NCBI GenBank assembly: GCA_965208835.1
Contig: OZ242358.1
Span: 4,000,001-4,064,000 of the forward strand
Length of the DNA: 64,000 nt
Origin: Candidatus Latescibacterota bacterium
GTDB taxonomy: Bacteria > Latescibacterota > UBA2968 > GCA-2709665
Direction of reading: 5' to 3'
The position numbers and the translations under genes were made by a program. Below are positions 59,662 through 64,000 of the stretch, piece by piece. The notes under the pieces are model-generated. The model ran no database searches. It saw only the letters and a program-made list of their open reading frames with translations, and was not told where the DNA came from. Position 1 is the first letter of the stretch; every line of letters starts with the position of its first letter.

Positions 59662-60393
59662 GTGTACCGTGCCATCCCGATCCTGGTCCTGTTGACCGTT
59701 CTCCCGATCCAGGCGGCAGACCGTCCCGAATTGCGCCAAGCCAACGCGAATGTGTGGCTGCAGGATAACGATCCCCTGAAGACCGACCGGAAATCGCCCA
59801 AACTGGCCTTCGCGATGTCCCTTGCGGTTCCGGGACTGGGCGAACTCTACGCGGGCGAGCCGAAGCGGGCGGCTGTTTTCATGGGGATCGAAGCGCTCAC
59901 GTGGTTCAACTATCTGCGCTGGCGAAACAAAGGGAACGACCTCAAGGCGGAATTCCGGACCTTTGCCGACCGGAACTGGGACGAAGGCCGGTATCGGGAA
60001 TGGCAGGACTACAACAGGGCCAGGGGCTCGCCGTATATTGAAACCGAGACCCTGCCGTGCAAACATGCCCTGGACGGGTGCCACAGGGTGGACACCCAGC
60101 AGTACTACGAGATGATCGGCAAGTACGACCAGTTCGTATTCGGGTGGAGGGACGTCCGCGAGGTGGGCTTCGAGACCGGAAACGGCAACGTCGTCTCCAA
60201 TCAGCGCATCGACTACGAAAATCAGCGTAACGAGAGCAACAAACTGCTCAAACGCGCCTCGGTGATCGTCGGCCTTACCGTTGTCAACCGCATCGCGAGT
60301 TCGATCCATGCCGCGTTGCGTGTGCGGTCCGCGCAAGTGTCGGTTTTGCCCCGGCCTGACCGGACCGAACTGGCAATCCACGTCCTGTTCTGA
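59662..60393 (+). CDS. hypothetical exported/membrane protein
   Basis: AGGAG RBS, signal peptide, KSP..A..SL.VPGLGELYAG motif shared with the next gene. Confidence 0.7.
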   Translation: MYRAIPILVLLTVLPIQAADRPELRQANANVWLQDNDPLKTDRKSPKLAFAMSLAVPGLGELYAGEPKRAAVFMGIEALTWFNYLRWRNKGNDLKAEFRTFADRNWDEGRYREWQDYNRARGSPYIETETLPCKHALDGCHRVDTQQYYEMIGKYDQFVFGWRDVREVGFETGNGNVVSNQRIDYENQRNESNKLLKRASVIVGLTVVNRIASSIHAALRVRSAQVSVLPRPDRTELAIHVLF

Positions 60394-60427
60394 TCGCCGG
60401 GCGACCCGTTTTTCCGTAGCCGAAAAT

Positions 60428-61075
60428 ATGTCAAAACCACTCTCCAAAGCCCGCGTCCTTTGCACGGTCCTGTCCCTCACTCTGATTGGCGTCCCTTCGG
60501 CCGGACACGCCAGGGGCAAGTCACCGGCCGGCGCGGCGGCGCTGTCGCTCGTACTGCCGGGACTCGGTGAGTTCTACGCCGGCGGACGCCGGTCGGCGCG
60601 CTTCTTTCTGGTCACGGAAGGGATCTTCTGGTCCGGCATGGCCACCTTCCGGTTCCTCGAATCCTATCGCGTCGATGCGTATCACGCCCACGCCGCGGCC
60701 CACGCCGGCATTCGCCTCAATAACTTTCCCGAGTCCTACATCAAGGAAGTGGGAGACTTCGACAGCATCTACGAACGAAACCAGCGAGAACGCTTTCTGG
60801 CCGGCGAAAGTGCGAACATACGGGCCGAAACGGCGGGCAATATCTGGGAGTGGGATACGGAGGCCTCCCGGATCGAATTTCTGGATCTGCGAAGCAAAGC
60901 TACTTCCGCTGAACAGAAGGCATTCCTGTTCGTAGGTGGCCTGATTCTCAACCGCTTCGCCAGCGCACTCAACGCGGCTTCGATTGCGCGGAAAAGCCGC
61001 GCGCAGGGCACGGGCGTCCAGCTTCAGATTGTCCCTCGGGGCGGCCTGTACGCAAGCATTCGCCGGGTTTTCTGA
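60428..61075 (+). CDS. hypothetical protein, paralogue of the upstream gene
   Basis: KSP..A.LSLVLPGLGEFYAG and NR.AS...AA motifs. Confidence 0.7.
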   Translation: MSKPLSKARVLCTVLSLTLIGVPSAGHARGKSPAGAAALSLVLPGLGEFYAGGRRSARFFLVTEGIFWSGMATFRFLESYRVDAYHAHAAAHAGIRLNNFPESYIKEVGDFDSIYERNQRERFLAGESANIRAETAGNIWEWDTEASRIEFLDLRSKATSAEQKAFLFVGGLILNRFASALNAASIARKSRAQGTGVQLQIVPRGGLYASIRRVF

Positions 61076-61136
61076 GATCCGAACCCCAGTAGGTGCAAGG
61101 GCTTCTTCCCGGCAGTCATGAAAGGGTGGAAACAGC

Positions 61137-62729
61137 TTGGCTTCTTCCGTATCGAGTCGGGCATCTTGCGTCCGGATTCCTTCCCTTGCAGGGATCGTGC
61201 TTTGCCTTCTGCTCTGGACCGCGGCGTTCGCCGACCCCGGAGGCCGCTGCGGCACGCCCTATCTGCCCGTACGTCCACATCCCGGGTCCGCGGCAAAAAT
61301 AAAGGCCGCCGAAACGTTTGACGTCGGCGACCCCCTGACCGTTCGCGTCTTCAATTTCGCCGCGCTTCCAGGTACCGATCCATACTACAGGACGACGACG
61401 ACGTGCCGTCTGAAGGGCGAGCACTGCTATATTTTCGTGGAGGACGTTATCTGGGGCGGTTCGCGTGTTACGCCCACTGCCCTGACGTCCCTTGCCCGCG
61501 CTTTCGACAGCTCCACACCCCGCTATCCCGACCGCGGCATTTTTTCCGTCGACACCGAGATCTTCGGCCCCCCGCCAGACGCTGACGGCGATCCACGGGT
61601 CGTAATCGTTCTGCTGGATATTATGGACAGTATCCTGGGCGGCAGGATCCTGGGATATTACGATACCGCGAACCAGGCGGCGCCTGTCGGCCGGGAAATA
61701 CTCTACATCGACAGCGATCCTCTGGACCTGAACAGCAATCTGGCGCGCGCGACCCTTGCACACGAGTTCCAGCACATGCTGCACTGGAACGGCGATCCCG
61801 ACGAAGCCAGATGGGTGGACGAGGGCTGTGCGGAATACGCAGAACTGGCCTGCGGATACAAGAACACGACGAGCGGGGCCGCGATGAACTTTCTGGGCGT
61901 TCCCAATCTGCTCAAATCGCCGGACCCGACCCTGGCTGTACCATCCGAAACAGGGCTGACGGACGCGGCCAGCTGGTCAAAAGGCGAATTCCTGCCTTTC
62001 CTCTTCGACCAGACGTTTCTGGTCATGACCTACTTCGCCCAGCGCTACGGAGACCGGGCCGTCGCACGCCTGGTCGCCGAACCAAAAAACAGCATTGCCG
62101 GCTTCAACCGCGCCCTTGAAACCATCGGTGCGGAGGAGCAATTCGAACAATTCTGGGCAGATTGGGCGGCTGCCGTGTTCGTCAACGACGAGAGCGGCCT
62201 GGGATTCCGAGGTCTCACCCTTGAACCGGTCAGAAGGGACACCGTCGCGGTTCCTGCCGACGACCTTGGCGGCGCCCTCCAGCTCTGGGGCATCGACTAT
62301 CTCGTGCCGCTTACGTCAGGTCCGACCGGCCTCTCAATGGACGTCAGAAGTAACAGCGACCTGCTTGTGACACTGGTTTCCGAACGGGAAGACACGCACG
62401 ACGTCGCCGCCGTCTCGGTGCGGCGCGGCGTCCCTCGCCGCATCGGTCTCTACGGCGGATCCCCAACCGTATTGGCCATCACCCGGACCACGGCCGGAGA
62501 TCGGACCTACGACCTCTCGCTGGCCGCGCGCGAAGGCCACGTTCCCGGCGCCGCTGACTTTGACGCCAGCGGCACGGTCGGCTTTTCCGACTTCATTGCA
62601 TTTGCCGAGGCCTTCGGCAAATCGGCGGACCGACCGGGTTTTGACCCCTCGTTCGACCTGGATGGGGACCGCACCGTGACATTCTCAGACTTCATCATGT
62701 TCGCGCGGAATTTCGGCAAGTCTCCGTGA
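61137..62729 (+). CDS. secreted zinc metallopeptidase (M30-like) with C-terminal dockerin/EF-hand-like repeat
   Basis: TLAHEFQHMLH, WVDEG.AEYA, and DFDASGTVGFSDF / DLDGDRTVTFSDF. Confidence 0.8.
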   Translation: MASSVSSRASCVRIPSLAGIVLCLLLWTAAFADPGGRCGTPYLPVRPHPGSAAKIKAAETFDVGDPLTVRVFNFAALPGTDPYYRTTTTCRLKGEHCYIFVEDVIWGGSRVTPTALTSLARAFDSSTPRYPDRGIFSVDTEIFGPPPDADGDPRVVIVLLDIMDSILGGRILGYYDTANQAAPVGREILYIDSDPLDLNSNLARATLAHEFQHMLHWNGDPDEARWVDEGCAEYAELACGYKNTTSGAAMNFLGVPNLLKSPDPTLAVPSETGLTDAASWSKGEFLPFLFDQTFLVMTYFAQRYGDRAVARLVAEPKNSIAGFNRALETIGAEEQFEQFWADWAAAVFVNDESGLGFRGLTLEPVRRDTVAVPADDLGGALQLWGIDYLVPLTSGPTGLSMDVRSNSDLLVTLVSEREDTHDVAAVSVRRGVPRRIGLYGGSPTVLAITRTTAGDRTYDLSLAAREGHVPGAADFDASGTVGFSDFIAFAEAFGKSADRPGFDPSFDLDGDRTVTFSDFIMFARNFGKSP

Positions 62730-62772
62730 AACGCCGCGCTGGCAATGGTCCCCTGCTCAAATGAATCTCACG

Positions 62773-63507
62773 CTACTCCGCAAGCGTGGACCGGCGCCAA
62801 TAACCCGCAAAGTGTCGCTTCAGCCACGCCAACGGCGCACGGAGCAGCACGTTGTAGCCACCCCAGGTCCATCGTGTCACCCGCTTCAGTCCCGCAACGG
62901 ACGCAATAACGGCCGCACGTGATTCATCCAGCCGCGCCGCCTTTCTGCCCAGCGTCAACAATTCCCTCTCGTAGTTGAATCGAACCATATTCTGCGCATG
63001 GGCGGCCAGCGCTTCAGGCGCCTGGATGCGGGTATGGGGACAGACCGTTTGGCGTTCCGTAAATACAAAGGAGGCGACCCACTGCGCGGAGACTTTGCCG
63101 CGGGCGTCGCGCGCCGTCTCCTCGACGGCTTCCCGGCTCAATACCCCGTAGGTGCGGCAGACGAGGGGACGAACCGGGTAAATTGAACACCCGCCGATTT
63201 CGGTCAGAAACGGGCATCGCACAGGCCGTTCTTCCGTCAGAGCCAGAACGGCGTCGCGTCTTTCGGGTTCGAAGTGGTCCTGCACGTAGTCGACGATGTT
63301 GAAGTACTCAATCGAATACAGCGGATACATCGTCGCAAAATCCGCTTCCATTTCCTCCTTCGTTAGCTCGCAGCACTGTCCCAACCGGTCGCAGTGGCAC
63401 GACACAGCAGGGACCTGGTCGTAGACCGCCTGCAGGCGGCGTCGATCCGGTTCCGAAAGCCATCGTTGTTCACGTGATGGCGCGATCTGTAACAAGGGTG
63501 TTCTCAC
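62773..63507 (-). CDS. YkgJ/FliB-type cysteine-cluster protein
   Basis: CHC...GQCC, CPFL....CSIYPVRPLVCRTYG. Confidence 0.8.
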   Translation of the reverse strand: MRTPLLQIAPSREQRWLSEPDRRRLQAVYDQVPAVSCHCDRLGQCCELTKEEMEADFATMYPLYSIEYFNIVDYVQDHFEPERRDAVLALTEERPVRCPFLTEIGGCSIYPVRPLVCRTYGVLSREAVEETARDARGKVSAQWVASFVFTERQTVCPHTRIQAPEALAAHAQNMVRFNYERELLTLGRKAARLDESRAAVIASVAGLKRVTRWTWGGYNVLLRAPLAWLKRHFAGYWRRSTLAE

Positions 63508-63522
63508 AATCAATGTACCTAT

Positions 63523-63598
63523 CAGCCCGTTGAAAAAGCCCATCCGGGCTGCGTCCGGCTCTCGCCCTCGCCTGCGGAACGACTTTATCAACGGACTG
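63523..63598. mobile_element. MITE copy 4 (internally deleted, 76 bp)
   Basis: Both TIRs retained; abuts the enolase TAG stop. Confidence 0.7.

Positions 63599-64000
<402 letters not shown>

Overview
GC-rich bacterial chromosomal segment. The PorV/T9SS-type and dockerin/EF-hand-tailed secreted proteins at the right end suggest an FCB-superphylum organism such as Latescibacterota or Gemmatimonadota (inference). From left to right it contains: an amidohydrolase tail and an outer-membrane protein; a selenoprotein (Rdx/SelW family, CxxU) that the ORF track splits at its UGA; a RAYT transposase with dispersed REPs; a Zur-box-controlled zinc/cobalt uptake and metallochaperone cluster (9.2-19.8 kb); a three-gene DUF6361-like/PLD/helicase operon of defence type (21.3-27.5 kb); a type I-C CRISPR-Cas locus (27 repeats, cas7 frameshifted in an A8 run); a WYL regulator; and housekeeping/envelope genes ending in enolase. 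The most unusual signal is a family of six ~65-75 aa mini-ORFs sharing the motif WHxDGTP(F/Y)xxxDYxxAGLxxPTxxQLxxW. They sit like giant spacers between CRISPR-type repeats (mostly a second 37-nt family ending AACAAGGATTGAAAC), both at the trailer end of the I-C array and in a separate REP-flanked locus at ~8 kb. The repeats supply the ribosome-binding site and often the stop codon. Remnants of the same repeat bracket the defence operon. A palindrome found before the WYL gene recurs before the 8-kb locus and, with shorter spacing, before cas3.
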